Position numbers and translations under genes: made by a program. Below, in pieces: positions 18,442 to 27,288 of a DNA stretch of 64,000 nucleotides. Under the pieces are notes generated by a model that made no database searches, had not been told where the DNA came from, and saw only the letters and a list, made by a program, of their open reading frames with translations. Numbering within the stretch: position 1 is the stretch's first letter; every line of letters starts with the position of its first letter. Where the stretch lies: NCBI RefSeq assembly GCF_963977465.1, contig NZ_CAXBOQ010000003.1, positions 255,721-319,720 on the forward strand. The letters run 5' to 3'. Origin of the DNA: an uncultured Brevundimonas sp. GTDB lineage: Bacteria > Pseudomonadota > Alphaproteobacteria > Caulobacterales > Caulobacteraceae.

Positions 18442-18600
18442 TCCCTCTCCCCTTGCGGGAGAGGGAGACTGCGCCCGGCCGCGACAGCGGCCGTTCTGGC
18501 GCGGTCGGATGAGGGGTCGAACAGACGCCTGACGATCGCTCGGTTTGACCCCTCATCCGACCCGCTTCGCGGGCCACCTTCTCCTGCAAGGGGAGAAGGA
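18442..18600. repeat. Two-armed palindromic element (family A) without a gene
   Basis: Left arm TCCCTCTCCCCTTGCGGGAGAGGG...GGATGAGGGG; ~30-nt spacer; right arm CCCCTCATCCG...CACCTTCTCCTGCAAGGGGAGAAGGA. Confidence 0.9.
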
Positions 18601-18621
18601 CAGGAAAAACGGAGACATCCC

Positions 18622-18888
18622 ATGACCGCACCGGTGAGCCTCACCGAGGCGAAACTGTTCCTGCGCGTCGAACATGACGCCGAGGACGGACTGATCCAGA
18701 CCCTGATCGACGCGGCCCAGGCGCGGGTTGAGGGGGAGGTCGGGGCGCCGCTGGACGACACCTCGGCGGCCCCGCTGAGGCTGGCGGTGCTGATGCTGGT
18801 GCTGCGGGCGTATGAGCGGGGCGAGCGCGACATGCCGATCGCCCCGGTCACGGCCTGGATCGCGCCCTATCGCGGGGTGCGGCTGTGA
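18622..18888 (+). CDS. GTA head-tail connector (adaptor)
   Basis: PVSLTEAKLFLRVEHDAEDGLIQTLIDAA...PLRLAVLMLV...IAPYRGVRL. Confidence 0.9.
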   Translation: MTAPVSLTEAKLFLRVEHDAEDGLIQTLIDAAQARVEGEVGAPLDDTSAAPLRLAVLMLVLRAYERGERDMPIAPVTAWIAPYRGVRL

Positions 18889-19193
18889 GCGGGCGGCGGC
18901 TGGCGGAACTGCTGGCGGCGACCGGGACACAGACGCCGCAGGGCGGGCAGGCCGTCAGTTTCGAACCGCTGGGCTGGGTCTGGCTGCGGTCAGGTGCGCG
19001 ACGGCGACGTGAGCGCACCGAGGCCGGGATGGCGCGAACGATCGAGACGATGCGGGTCGAGACCCGGGCCGATCCACGGCTGGTCGCGGGTCGGGTGCTG
19101 CGCTTTGACGGTGACGACTGGACGGTGGTCGCGGTCGAGGTTGATGCAGACCGGCCGGGCCGGGTGCATCCGGATCTGGAGCGTCGGCCATGA
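18885..19193 (+). CDS. GTA head closure/stopper protein
   Basis: Position and coupled overlaps; VSFEPLGWVW...GRVLRFDGDDWTVVAV pattern. Confidence 0.75.
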   Translation: MSGRRLAELLAATGTQTPQGGQAVSFEPLGWVWLRSGARRRRERTEAGMARTIETMRVETRADPRLVAGRVLRFDGDDWTVVAVEVDADRPGRVHPDLERRP

Positions 19194-19597
19194 GCGATCA
19201 TGAGGGCGCGCTGCAGACGGCGCTGATCGCCCATTTGACGGCGGACGCCACCCTGTCGGCCCTGCTGGACGGGCGGGTATGGGACGCGCCGCCGCGCGAC
19301 GCCGGGTTTCCGCAACTGTTGATCGGGCGCAGCGCCAGTCGGCCAGTGGCGGCGGACGGGTGCGGGATCGAGCACAGACTGTCGCTGACCGTGGCTTCGC
19401 GCTTTCACGGCACCGAGGAGGTGCGGGCGATCGTGGCGGCGGTGCGGGCGCGGCTGGAGGGGGCGGTGCTGGAGGCAGAGGGCATCCGCACGGTGTCGCT
19501 GGGGGTGACCCTGGCCGATGTGTTCCGCGGCGTGGACGGGGCCCGGACCTGGGCGGTGATCCGGGTGCGGGCGGTAACCGAAGCGATCGGCGGCTGA
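19190..19597 (+). CDS. DUF3168 tail terminator protein
   Basis: ALQTALIAHLTADATLSALLDGRVWDAPP...AVIRVRAVTE. Confidence 0.88.
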   Translation: MSDHEGALQTALIAHLTADATLSALLDGRVWDAPPRDAGFPQLLIGRSASRPVAADGCGIEHRLSLTVASRFHGTEEVRAIVAAVRARLEGAVLEAEGIRTVSLGVTLADVFRGVDGARTWAVIRVRAVTEAIGG

Positions 19598-19619
19598 TCT
19601 AAACAGAAGGACGACGGAC

Positions 19620-20030
19620 ATGGCCGCACAGCGCGGGAAGGACATCTTGCTGAAGATTGAGGACGGGCCGGGGGTGTTCGTCACCGTCGCCGGACTGAGG
19701 GCGCGGACGATCTCACTGAATGCGCGGACGGTCGATGCGACCGACGGTGACAGCGCCGGTCGCTGGCGCGAACTGCTGGCCGGGGCCGGGGTGCGGTCGG
19801 CGGCGGTGAGCGGTCAGGGCGTGTTTCGCGACGCCGCCTCGGACGCCCTGATCCGCGAGGCCTTCTTCGCCCAGACGGCCCCGGGCTGGCAGCTGATCGT
19901 GCCCGATTTCGGGGTGCTGGAAGGGCCGTTCCTGGTGGCGGCGTTGGAATATGCCGGGGAGCATGAGGGCGAGGCCAGTTTCGCGATCAGCCTGGCGAGT
20001 GCCGGTGAGATCGGGTTTACGGCGCTGTGA
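19620..20030 (+). CDS. Major tail tube protein, TP901-1 family
   Basis: MAAQRGKDILLKI, VAGLRARTISLNARTVDAT, WRELLAGAGVRSAAVSGQGVF, LEYAGEHEGEA. Confidence 0.93.
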   Translation: MAAQRGKDILLKIEDGPGVFVTVAGLRARTISLNARTVDATDGDSAGRWRELLAGAGVRSAAVSGQGVFRDAASDALIREAFFAQTAPGWQLIVPDFGVLEGPFLVAALEYAGEHEGEASFAISLASAGEIGFTAL

Positions 20031-20323
20031 CCCGAGCCAATGGTGCGCGCGGTGAGGTGGTGGCGACCCTGGCCGGGGTCGAGCGGCGGCTGTGCCTGAC
20101 GCTGGGCGCGCTGGCCGAGATCGAGACCGGGCTGGGCGTGAGCGGGATCGCAGCGCTGGGCGAGCGGATGCGGGTGTTGTCGGCGCGGGATCTGCTGGTC
20201 GTGCTTGCAGCTCTGTTGCGCGGGGGCGGCGAGGGGAACCTGGCCGATGATCTGCCACGAGCGGCGGTGGATCCGCGTGAGGCGGCAGAAGCTGTCGCCC
20301 TGGCATTTGCAGCCGCCGCATGA
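20027..20323 (+). CDS. GTA-gp10 tail assembly chaperone
   Basis: ANGARGEVVATLAG...RLCLTLGALAEIETGLG. Confidence 0.88.
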   Translation: MTRANGARGEVVATLAGVERRLCLTLGALAEIETGLGVSGIAALGERMRVLSARDLLVVLAALLRGGGEGNLADDLPRAAVDPREAAEAVALAFAAAA

Positions 20324-20568
20324 CGCCGTGGGGCGAGATGCTGCGGGTGGCGGCGCGGGCCGGGGTGACGCCTGCGGCCTTCTGGCAACTGTCGCTGAAG
20401 GAATGGCGGATGCTGACGGACCGGCCGCAGGGGCTGGTGCCGATGGGGCGGGACGGGTTCGAGCGGATGATGACGGCGTGGCCGGATGAGGCGGGTGGGG
20501 AGCATTCCCCTCCACCGCTACGCGGTCCCCCTCCCCATCGCTGCGCGACGGGGAGGAGACAGACGTGA
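20320..20568 (+). CDS. Phage tail assembly chaperone with repeat-derived C-terminus
   Basis: WGEMLR...GVTPAAFWQLSLKEW...MMTAWPD core. Confidence 0.8.
   Translation: MTPWGEMLRVAARAGVTPAAFWQLSLKEWRMLTDRPQGLVPMGRDGFERMMTAWPDEAGGEHSPPPLRGPPPHRCATGRRQT
20505..20558. repeat. Palindromic arm (family A-related subfamily), in frame in chaperone gene
   Basis: TTCCCCTCCACCGCTACGCGGTCCCCCTCCCCATCGCTGCGCGACGGGGAGGAG. Confidence 0.75.
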
Positions 20569-21101
20569 CGGAGTCATTTGAGCCCAACGGGCTGGAGGCG
20601 GTGCCGGAGCGGGCGGCCGAGGCGGCGGCAGCGCTGGAGGGGTTGCGGGAGCCGGCGGAGCAGGCGGCGAATGCGATTGGTGAGGCCTTTGACCGGGCCG
20701 GCGAGAGTCTGGCCCGGTCGCTGGCGCGGGCCGCGTCCGACGGGGAGGTCAGTCTGGCCGAACTGGCGCGGGCGGTGCTGGCGGCCGTCAATTCAGGACT
20801 CGGGGCCGGAAGTGCGAAGGGCGGCGGACTGGGCGCGGCCCTGGCGGCGGCGCTGGGCGGGCTGTTCGGCGGCACGCGGGCCGACGGCGGGCCGGTGTCG
20901 GCGGGCGCGGCCTATCTGGTCGGGGAGCGGGGCCCGGAGGTGTTCCGACCGGATGGTGGCGGAAGCATCGAACCGGTGACCGGCCCGGGGGTGACCATCA
21001 ATGTCAGCGTCGACGGCGGGGCCCCGGCCCTGCTGCGGTCCGAGGCCCAGATCGCCGGGATGCTGGCGCGCGCCGTGTCGTTGGGCGCGCGCCGGTTGTG
21101 A
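20565..21101 (+). CDS. Short tail tape measure protein
   Basis: Ala/Gly-rich; C-terminal GGTRADGGPVSAGAAYLVGERGPEVFRP...SEAQIA motif. Confidence 0.85.
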   Translation: MTESFEPNGLEAVPERAAEAAAALEGLREPAEQAANAIGEAFDRAGESLARSLARAASDGEVSLAELARAVLAAVNSGLGAGSAKGGGLGAALAAALGGLFGGTRADGGPVSAGAAYLVGERGPEVFRPDGGGSIEPVTGPGVTINVSVDGGAPALLRSEAQIAGMLARAVSLGARRL

Positions 21102-21115
21102 AGAGCATTCTTGTG

Positions 21116-21185
21116 GCGCTAACGCGCTTCGCGCTGCTTGAGCGCATTGCTCGTTGCGCTACCGCGCTTCGCGCTGCTTGAGCGC
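21116..21185. repeat. Tandem pair of 30-nt palindromic units
   Basis: GCGCTA(A/C)CGCGCTTCGCGCTGCTTGAGCGC at 21116 and 21156 (29/30 identical, period 40). Confidence 0.85.
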
Positions 21186-21189
21186 GGGG

Positions 21190-21678
21190 TCAGCCTGCCG
21201 CCTTGGGGTCCGATCCATAGCGGTTGTCACCGTTGGTTCCGGGCGTCAGCCCGATCCACAGCATGAAGCCGAGATTGACCAGGCAAATCACCGCGAACAT
21301 GCCCATCGCCGGGGCGATCAGGGCGAATATCGCAGCGGGATCTTCATTCTCGAGGGCAGCCGAGTTGGCGATGGCCGAAATGCCGACCGTACCGAAGCCG
21401 ACGACCAGGGCGACGATGGTCACCACCCAGGGAATGGCCACCAGCCAGCCGCTCTGACCGATGTCGTGCAGACGCTTCACGGCGATGGCGAGGTGAGGCC
21501 AGATCAGGGCGAGGAGGATCAGCGGGCCCAGGATCGGAATGTATTTCGCGACGACGCCGGCTCCGAGCAGAATCAGCCAGCCGATCCAGAAATGCTGTCG
21601 CCGGATGCGGCCCTGGAATGAAAACAGCAGCACCTTCCAGTCGAAACCCGGAACCTGGGTAGACGTGTCGATGGTCAT
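21190..21678 (-). CDS. DUF805 membrane protein
   Basis: FSFQGRIRRQHFW, LAIAVKRLHDIGQSGW, PGTNGDNRYGSDP; start moved to ATG 21678. Confidence 0.9.
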   Translation of the reverse strand: MTIDTSTQVPGFDWKVLLFSFQGRIRRQHFWIGWLILLGAGVVAKYIPILGPLILLALIWPHLAIAVKRLHDIGQSGWLVAIPWVVTIVALVVGFGTVGISAIANSAALENEDPAAIFALIAPAMGMFAVICLVNLGFMLWIGLTPGTNGDNRYGSDPKAAG

Positions 21679-21755
21679 TTGGCGGCCCTCCAGCGCGATC
21701 AGGAGGCGAGGCTGACGGAACATTGCTCTCCGAACAAGTTAAAAGGAGCACACAT

Positions 21756-22373
21756 ATGGCCTTCCACGAGGTGAGCCTGCCCGCGCGGCTGGCCTTCGGT
21801 TCGACCGGGGGTGTCGAACGGCGGACCGAGGTGGTGACCCTGGGCTCCGGCTTCGAGCGGCGGTCGACACCCTGGGCCCAGGGGCGGCGGCGCTATCTGA
21901 TCGGGGCCAACCTGAGGTCGCTGGACGACATGGCGACCCTGACCGCCTTCTTCGAGGCGCGACGGGGACGGCTGTACGGGTTCCGGTTTCGCGATTTCGC
22001 CGATTTCAAATCGTGTGCGCCGGGAGGAGTGGTGACGGCGACAGACCAGCCATTGGGCACCGGCGACGGGACGACCACGATGTTTGCTCTGGGCAAGGTC
22101 GATGGCGATCAGGTTCGGGACATCACCAAACCGGTGGCGGGGTCGGTGCGGGTGGCGGTGGATGGCGTTGAGCTGGACGGGACAGCGTTCGGCGTCGAGG
22201 TGCCGACCGGGCGGGTGACCCTGGCGATGCCGCCGGACCCGGGGGCAGCGGTGACGGCGGGCTTCGACTTCGACACGCCGGTGCGGTTCGACGCCGACCG
22301 GATCGAGGTGACGCTGGAAACCTTCGGCGCGGGCCGGATGGTGGCCATGCCGCTGATCGAAATCAGGGTCTGA
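21756..22373 (+). CDS. DUF2460 (TIGR02217) distal tail protein
   Basis: FHEVSLP...GSTGGVERRTEVVTLGSGFERR, FFEARRGRLYGFRFRD, TAGFDFDTPVRFD; RBS AAGGAG before ATG 21756. Confidence 0.92.
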   Translation: MAFHEVSLPARLAFGSTGGVERRTEVVTLGSGFERRSTPWAQGRRRYLIGANLRSLDDMATLTAFFEARRGRLYGFRFRDFADFKSCAPGGVVTATDQPLGTGDGTTTMFALGKVDGDQVRDITKPVAGSVRVAVDGVELDGTAFGVEVPTGRVTLAMPPDPGAAVTAGFDFDTPVRFDADRIEVTLETFGAGRMVAMPLIEIRV

Positions 22374-22377
22374 ACCC

Positions 22378-23031
22378 ATGCGCGACATGCCCGAGGAGAT
22401 GGCCACCCGTATCGAGAGCGGGGCGGCAACCCTGTGCCATGTCTGGCGGCTGAGCCGGAACGACGGAGTCGAACTGGGCTTCACCGATCACGACCGCGAC
22501 CTGACCGTCGACGGGGTGGTGTGCAAGGCGGCGAGCGGCTGGACGGCGGGTGCGGGCGAGAGCGCCGTCGGTCCGCCGGCCGGGAGTTTCGTCGCCAGCG
22601 GCGGGCTGGACGATGACGCCCTGACCGAGGCCGATATTCGCGCCGGCCTGTATGACGGCGCCCGGGTTGAGCTGTGGCGAGTCGACTGGAGCGAGCCGAC
22701 ACTGGCGGTGCGGTTGTGGACCGCGACCCTGACCCGACTGCGGCGCGAGGGTGAGCACTTCGTCGCCGAGATGGACGGGCCGCTGGCCGCGCTGGAGCGG
22801 GTGGTCGGGCGGACCTATGGTCGTGACTGTGACGCGGTGCTGGGGGACGTGCGGTGTCGGGTCGATACGGCGGCCTATCCCGGACAGACCTGCGACAAAC
22901 GCTGGGCGACCTGTACCGGGGTGTTCGGCAACGGGCTCAACTTCCAGGGCTTTCCCGACATTCCCGGCGACGACTTCCTGACGGCCCATCCGGCCGGGGG
23001 TGGTCGCCATGACGGCGGGAGCCGGCGATGA
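22378..23031 (+). CDS. DUF2163 baseplate hub protein
   Basis: TLCHVWRLSRNDGVELGFTDHDRDL, CDAVLGDVRCRV, CDKRWATC...FGNGLNFQGFPDIPGDD. Confidence 0.92.
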   Translation: MRDMPEEMATRIESGAATLCHVWRLSRNDGVELGFTDHDRDLTVDGVVCKAASGWTAGAGESAVGPPAGSFVASGGLDDDALTEADIRAGLYDGARVELWRVDWSEPTLAVRLWTATLTRLRREGEHFVAEMDGPLAALERVVGRTYGRDCDAVLGDVRCRVDTAAYPGQTCDKRWATCTGVFGNGLNFQGFPDIPGDDFLTAHPAGGGRHDGGSRR

Positions 23032-23477
23032 GGCGGGCGGCGGTGACCGCAGCGCGCGGATGGCTGAGCACGCCCTATCGGCATCAGGCCAGTGTGAAGG
23101 GCGAGGGGGCCGACTGTCTGGGACTGGTGCGCGGCATCTGGCGTGAGCTGTACGGGACAGAGCCGGAGGCCGCCCCGCCCTACAGTGCCGACTGGGCTGA
23201 AGTCGGGGGTGAGGAGACCCTGCTGGCGGCGGCGCGACGCTGGTTGATCGAGATCCCGACCGGGCAGGCGGAACCGGGGGATGTGCTGCTGTTCCGCATG
23301 AGTGCCGGGGCCCCGGCCAAACACTGTGCGGTGCTGAGCGATGTCGCGGGGGCCGAGCCGCGGATGATCCATGCCTATTGGGGCCGGTCGGTGGTCGAGA
23401 GCTGGATGGGCTCGTGGTGGCGGCGGCGGCTGGTCGCGGCCTTCACCTGGCCGGATGTGACGGACGGAGGCAGCTGA
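23028..23477 (+). CDS. NlpC/P60 family tail peptidase
   Basis: WLSTPYRHQASVKGEGADCLGLVRG, AKHCAV, MIHAY. Confidence 0.92.
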   Translation: MRRAAVTAARGWLSTPYRHQASVKGEGADCLGLVRGIWRELYGTEPEAAPPYSADWAEVGGEETLLAAARRWLIEIPTGQAEPGDVLLFRMSAGAPAKHCAVLSDVAGAEPRMIHAYWGRSVVESWMGSWWRRRLVAAFTWPDVTDGGS

Positions 23478-26400
23478 ATGGCGCAGGTGGTGCTGGGCGG
23501 GATCGGCGCGGTGGTCGGCGGCGGCGTCGGTCAGGCGATCGGGGCGGCGCTGGGCGGGATGGTCGATCGCAGTCTGGTGGCGTCGCTGTCACCCGCGCGG
23601 CAGCGAGGCCCGCGGCTGGAGTCGCTGAAGATCCAGTCGTCGGCCGACGGTGCGCCGATGGCCTGTGTGTTCGGTCGGGCGCGGGTGACCGGTCAGGTGA
23701 TCTGGGCGGCACGGTTCCAGGAGCGACGGACCACGTCGTCGGGCGGCAAGGGCGGGCCTAAGATTGTCGATTACGACTATTCGCTGAGCTTTGCCGTGGC
23801 CCTGTGTGAGGGGCCGATCGACGGGGTCGGCCGGGTCTGGGCTGACGGGCAGCCGATGGATCTGACCGGGGTGACCATGCGGGTCTATCGCGGCACCGAA
23901 GAGCAGACGCCCGACCCGCTGATCGAGGTGGTCGAGGGGACGGCGCCAGCCTATCGCGGCACAGCCTATGTGGTGTTCGAGGACTTGGCGCTGACGCCCT
24001 ATGGCGACCGGCCGCCGCAGCTGGCCTTTGAGGTGTTCCGGCGGGCGCGGGGCAGCGAACCGCGGCTGGAGGACCGGCTGGAGGGGGTCTGTCTGATCCC
24101 CGGGGCCGGGGAGTTCGTGCTGGCCACGGAGGCGGTTCTGCGGCGTGAGGGTTTGACCCGAACGGCGGCCGAGAATGTCAGCAACGGCCAGGGGCACCCC
24201 GATCTGCTGGTGTCGCTGGATCAGTTGCTGGTGCAGTGCCCGAACCTGAAGCGGGTCAGTCTGGTGATCGGCTGGTTCGGCGATGACCTGCGCGCCGGGG
24301 TCTGTACCATCAGGCCGGGGGTCGAACGGCGCGACAAGCCGACCGCACCGATGGACTGGTCGGTGGCGGGGCTGGACCGGGGCGGGGCGCATCTGATTTC
24401 ACAGGCGGGCGGTGGACCGGCCTATGGCGGCACGCCGTCGGACGAGACCGTGCGGCAGGCGGTGGCGGCACTGCAGGCGCGCGGGCTGGCAGTGACCCTG
24501 TATCCGTTCGTGTTCATGGACATTCCGGCCGACAATGGCCTGCCCGACCCCTATGGCGGGGCGCGGCAGGCGGCCTATCCGTGGCGCGGGCGGATTCGCG
24601 GCACGGATGGGGCCGGGGCGGCGGCCGAGGTGGAGAGTCTGTTCGGGGCGGCCAATGGCTGGGGCTTGCGGCGACTGGCGCTGCATTATGCCGGGCTGGC
24701 GGCCCAAACCGGGGCGGACGGGTTGCTGATCGGCTCGGAGATGCGGGCCCTGACCTGGACGCGGGACGCGGACGGCGGCCATCCGGCGGTGGCGCAGCTG
24801 CGGGCGCTGGCGGCCGAGTGCCGGGCCGTGGTGGGGCCGGAAGTCGCCCTGTCCTATGCCGCCGACTGGTCGGAGTATTTTGGTCACCATGATGGCGACC
24901 ACGTGATCTTTCATCTGGATCCGCTGTGGGCCGACGCCAACATCGATTTCGTCGGCATCGACTGGTATCCGCCGCTGGGCGACTGGCGCGGAGGCGACGG
25001 CGGCGTCGATGCTGTGAACCATTCGGGGCCGGACGAGCCGGCCTATCTGGCCGGTCAGATCGCCGGAGGCGAGGGGTTCGACTGGTTCTACGCCGATGCG
25101 GCGGACCGGGCGGTTCAGCTGCGGACGCCGATCCAGGACTTGGCCCACGGCGAGGACTGGGTGTTCCGGCCCAAGGATCTGAGCGGTTGGTGGTCGAACC
25201 TGCATCATGACCGGCCGGGCGGGGTGCGGGCGGTTAGTCCGACGGCCTGGGTGCCGGGGATGAAGCCGGTCCGCCTGACCGAGTTTGGCTGTGCGGCGGT
25301 GGACCGCGGCGGCAATGCGCCAAACCTGTTCCAGGACCCCAAGAGCACGGAGAGCGGCCTGCCGCCGTCCTCGACCGGGGTTCGCGATGACCGGATGCAG
25401 CGCCGTGCGCTGGAGGCGGTGCTGGGACATTTCGGCGATCCCGCGCGCAATCCGGTGTCGCCGGTCTATGGCGGAGCGATGCTGGGCGGGGCTGATGCCT
25501 GGTGCTGGGACGCGCGGCCCTGGCCGGAGTTTCCGGCTCGGCTGGAGCGCTGGGCCGATGCCGCCGCCTGGCGGGCGGGGCACTGGCTGAACGGGCGGAT
25601 GGGCGGAGACACGACCGACCTGCTGGCCGCAATTCTGGAGCGGGGCGGGGTGATCGCGGACGGGTACACGATCGGACCTGTGACGGGAACGGCAGCGGGC
25701 TACGTCATCGACCGGCCGATGCGCACGCGGGACGCGCTGGAGCCGCTGCTGACTGCTCTGGACCTGATTGTTGCCGAACGGGACGGGCGGATCGCGATCC
25801 AGGGCGCGCCGGAGGCTATCCTGACCCTGGGTCCCACCGAGCTGGCGCTGGGCGATGAGGGAGCGGGCTGGACCGAGAGCCGCGATCTGGAGCCGCGGCC
25901 GAGCGTGGTGCGGGTGCGGTTCATCGATGCCGACGGCGATTATCAGACCGGATCGGTGACGGTGCGGTCGGACGGTGACGGCGGTGGGGTGGATCTGGAC
26001 CTGCCCGCCGTGTGCGGCACGGGGCTGGCGCGGGCCACGGCCGGTCGACTGATCGACGGGGACGAGGTGGAGACCCTGATCCTGCGGCCGGGGCCGTTGG
26101 CGGCCTTGCGGCTGGAACCGGGCGACGGGGTCAGTCTGGCGGGCGTGCCGGGTCTGTGGCGGGTAGCCCGGGTGTCCCAAGATGAAAACCCGACAGTGGA
26201 GGTGCGGCGTTACCACAGCCCTGCAGCTGCTGCGGAGGACGCCGCCGTGCGGACCGGGGACGCGGCGGTGGTGATCGGCGCACCGCTGTTGCGGATGCTG
26301 GACCTGCCAGCCCTGCCGGGGCGGGAGGCCGACGGGCGGCCGGTGGCGGTGGTGGCAGCCGAGCCGTGGTGGCCGATGGCCGTGCACGTGGGACCGACGG

Positions 26401-27209
26401 CTGAGGCGCTGACGCCAAGGGTCGTGATCGATAGACCGGCCACGGTTGGCAGTCTGGTCGCGGACCTAATGCCCGGTGTTCGCCATCGCTGGGACGCGGT
26501 CAACAGCCTGACGGTCCGGGTCGAGGGAGGAGCCCTGCAGAGCCGGACAGGGGCAGCGGTGCTGGGCGTTGGCAATCTGGTAGCGGTCGAGAGCGCCGGC
26601 GGATGGGAGCTGATCCAGTTCCGCAGCGCCACCCTGATCGGGGGCGAGGCCTGGCGGCTGGAGGGCTTGCTGCGCGGACAACAGGGTACGGAGCGGGAAA
26701 TGGCTGCCGGAGCCGGGATCGGGTCGCTGGTGGTGTTTCTCGACGACAGTCCCGGGCGGGCCGATATCGGACCGGGGGAGCGGGGGTTGGCGCTGCACTG
26801 CCGGGCCGGGCCCGTGGGTATGCCGCCGGGCGGGGCGGGGTTCAGCGCAACGGATTTCACCTTCGAGGGCTTGATCGACCGCCCGTGGAGCCCGGCGCAT
26901 CTGCGCGTGGGGGCGGATGGGGCAGGCGGGCTGAGGATCGACTGGATCCCGCGGGTCAGGCTGTACGGGGATCGCTGGGACAGGGAACCGGTACCGGTGG
27001 ATGCGGCACGCTTCCGGCTGCGGGTCCTGGAGGCGGGGGTCGAGCGGCGGGTGATCGAGACGGAGGCGGCGGAGGCTGTCTATCCGGCGGCGGCGCTGAT
27101 GGAGGATTTTCCCGGTGGACCCGGAGCGGGGGCCGTCATGGCTGTGTGCCAGTGGAACCCGGCTTTCGGCTGGGGGACAGAGGCCATGGTTTCGATCCCG
27201 GCGGCGTGA
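23478..27209 (+). CDS. GTA baseplate multidomain protein (megatron; GTA TIM-barrel plus tail domains)
   Basis: 1243 aa; FGRARVTGQVIWA, PAYRGTAYVVFEDL, YAADWSEY, WDARPWPEFP, LLRGQQGT. Confidence 0.92.
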   Translation: MAQVVLGGIGAVVGGGVGQAIGAALGGMVDRSLVASLSPARQRGPRLESLKIQSSADGAPMACVFGRARVTGQVIWAARFQERRTTSSGGKGGPKIVDYDYSLSFAVALCEGPIDGVGRVWADGQPMDLTGVTMRVYRGTEEQTPDPLIEVVEGTAPAYRGTAYVVFEDLALTPYGDRPPQLAFEVFRRARGSEPRLEDRLEGVCLIPGAGEFVLATEAVLRREGLTRTAAENVSNGQGHPDLLVSLDQLLVQCPNLKRVSLVIGWFGDDLRAGVCTIRPGVERRDKPTAPMDWSVAGLDRGGAHLISQAGGGPAYGGTPSDETVRQAVAALQARGLAVTLYPFVFMDIPADNGLPDPYGGARQAAYPWRGRIRGTDGAGAAAEVESLFGAANGWGLRRLALHYAGLAAQTGADGLLIGSEMRALTWTRDADGGHPAVAQLRALAAECRAVVGPEVALSYAADWSEYFGHHDGDHVIFHLDPLWADANIDFVGIDWYPPLGDWRGGDGGVDAVNHSGPDEPAYLAGQIAGGEGFDWFYADAADRAVQLRTPIQDLAHGEDWVFRPKDLSGWWSNLHHDRPGGVRAVSPTAWVPGMKPVRLTEFGCAAVDRGGNAPNLFQDPKSTESGLPPSSTGVRDDRMQRRALEAVLGHFGDPARNPVSPVYGGAMLGGADAWCWDARPWPEFPARLERWADAAAWRAGHWLNGRMGGDTTDLLAAILERGGVIADGYTIGPVTGTAAGYVIDRPMRTRDALEPLLTALDLIVAERDGRIAIQGAPEAILTLGPTELALGDEGAGWTESRDLEPRPSVVRVRFIDADGDYQTGSVTVRSDGDGGGVDLDLPAVCGTGLARATAGRLIDGDEVETLILRPGPLAALRLEPGDGVSLAGVPGLWRVARVSQDENPTVEVRRYHSPAAAAEDAAVRTGDAAVVIGAPLLRMLDLPALPGREADGRPVAVVAAEPWWPMAVHVGPTAEALTPRVVIDRPATVGSLVADLMPGVRHRWDAVNSLTVRVEGGALQSRTGAAVLGVGNLVAVESAGGWELIQFRSATLIGGEAWRLEGLLRGQQGTEREMAAGAGIGSLVVFLDDSPGRADIGPGERGLALHCRAGPVGMPPGGAGFSATDFTFEGLIDRPWSPAHLRVGADGAGGLRIDWIPRVRLYGDRWDREPVPVDAARFRLRVLEAGVERRVIETEAAEAVYPAAALMEDFPGGPGAGAVMAVCQWNPAFGWGTEAMVSIPAA

Positions 27210-27288
27210 CGGATTTGCATCGCCCCTTTGCGTGGCCCGGTGCATGGCTTAACTGACGCTCTGGCACTGGATGGAGCGAAGAGCGAAC

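Larger units (their letters stand above)
10948..27209 (+). mobile_element. Gene transfer agent (RcGTA/Caulobacter-type) head-tail gene cluster
   Basis: Canonical order terminase-portal-protease-capsid-adaptor-stopper-terminator-tube-chaperones-tape measure-DUF2460-DUF2163-NlpC/P60-megatron; no integrase, replication or lysis genes; flanked by housekeeping genes. Confidence 0.9.

Noticed and set aside
20290-20330. Lambda G/GT-type programmed frameshift between tail chaperones
   Set aside because: No X-XXY-YYZ slippery heptamer; the genes overlap by a normal ATGA coupling
21116-21185. CRISPR array
   Set aside because: Only two units, a 10-nt spacer and no cas genes
10948-27209. Interpretation as a prophage
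   Set aside because: No integrase, att sites, repressor, replication or lysis genes; GTA-typical order and host-like composition
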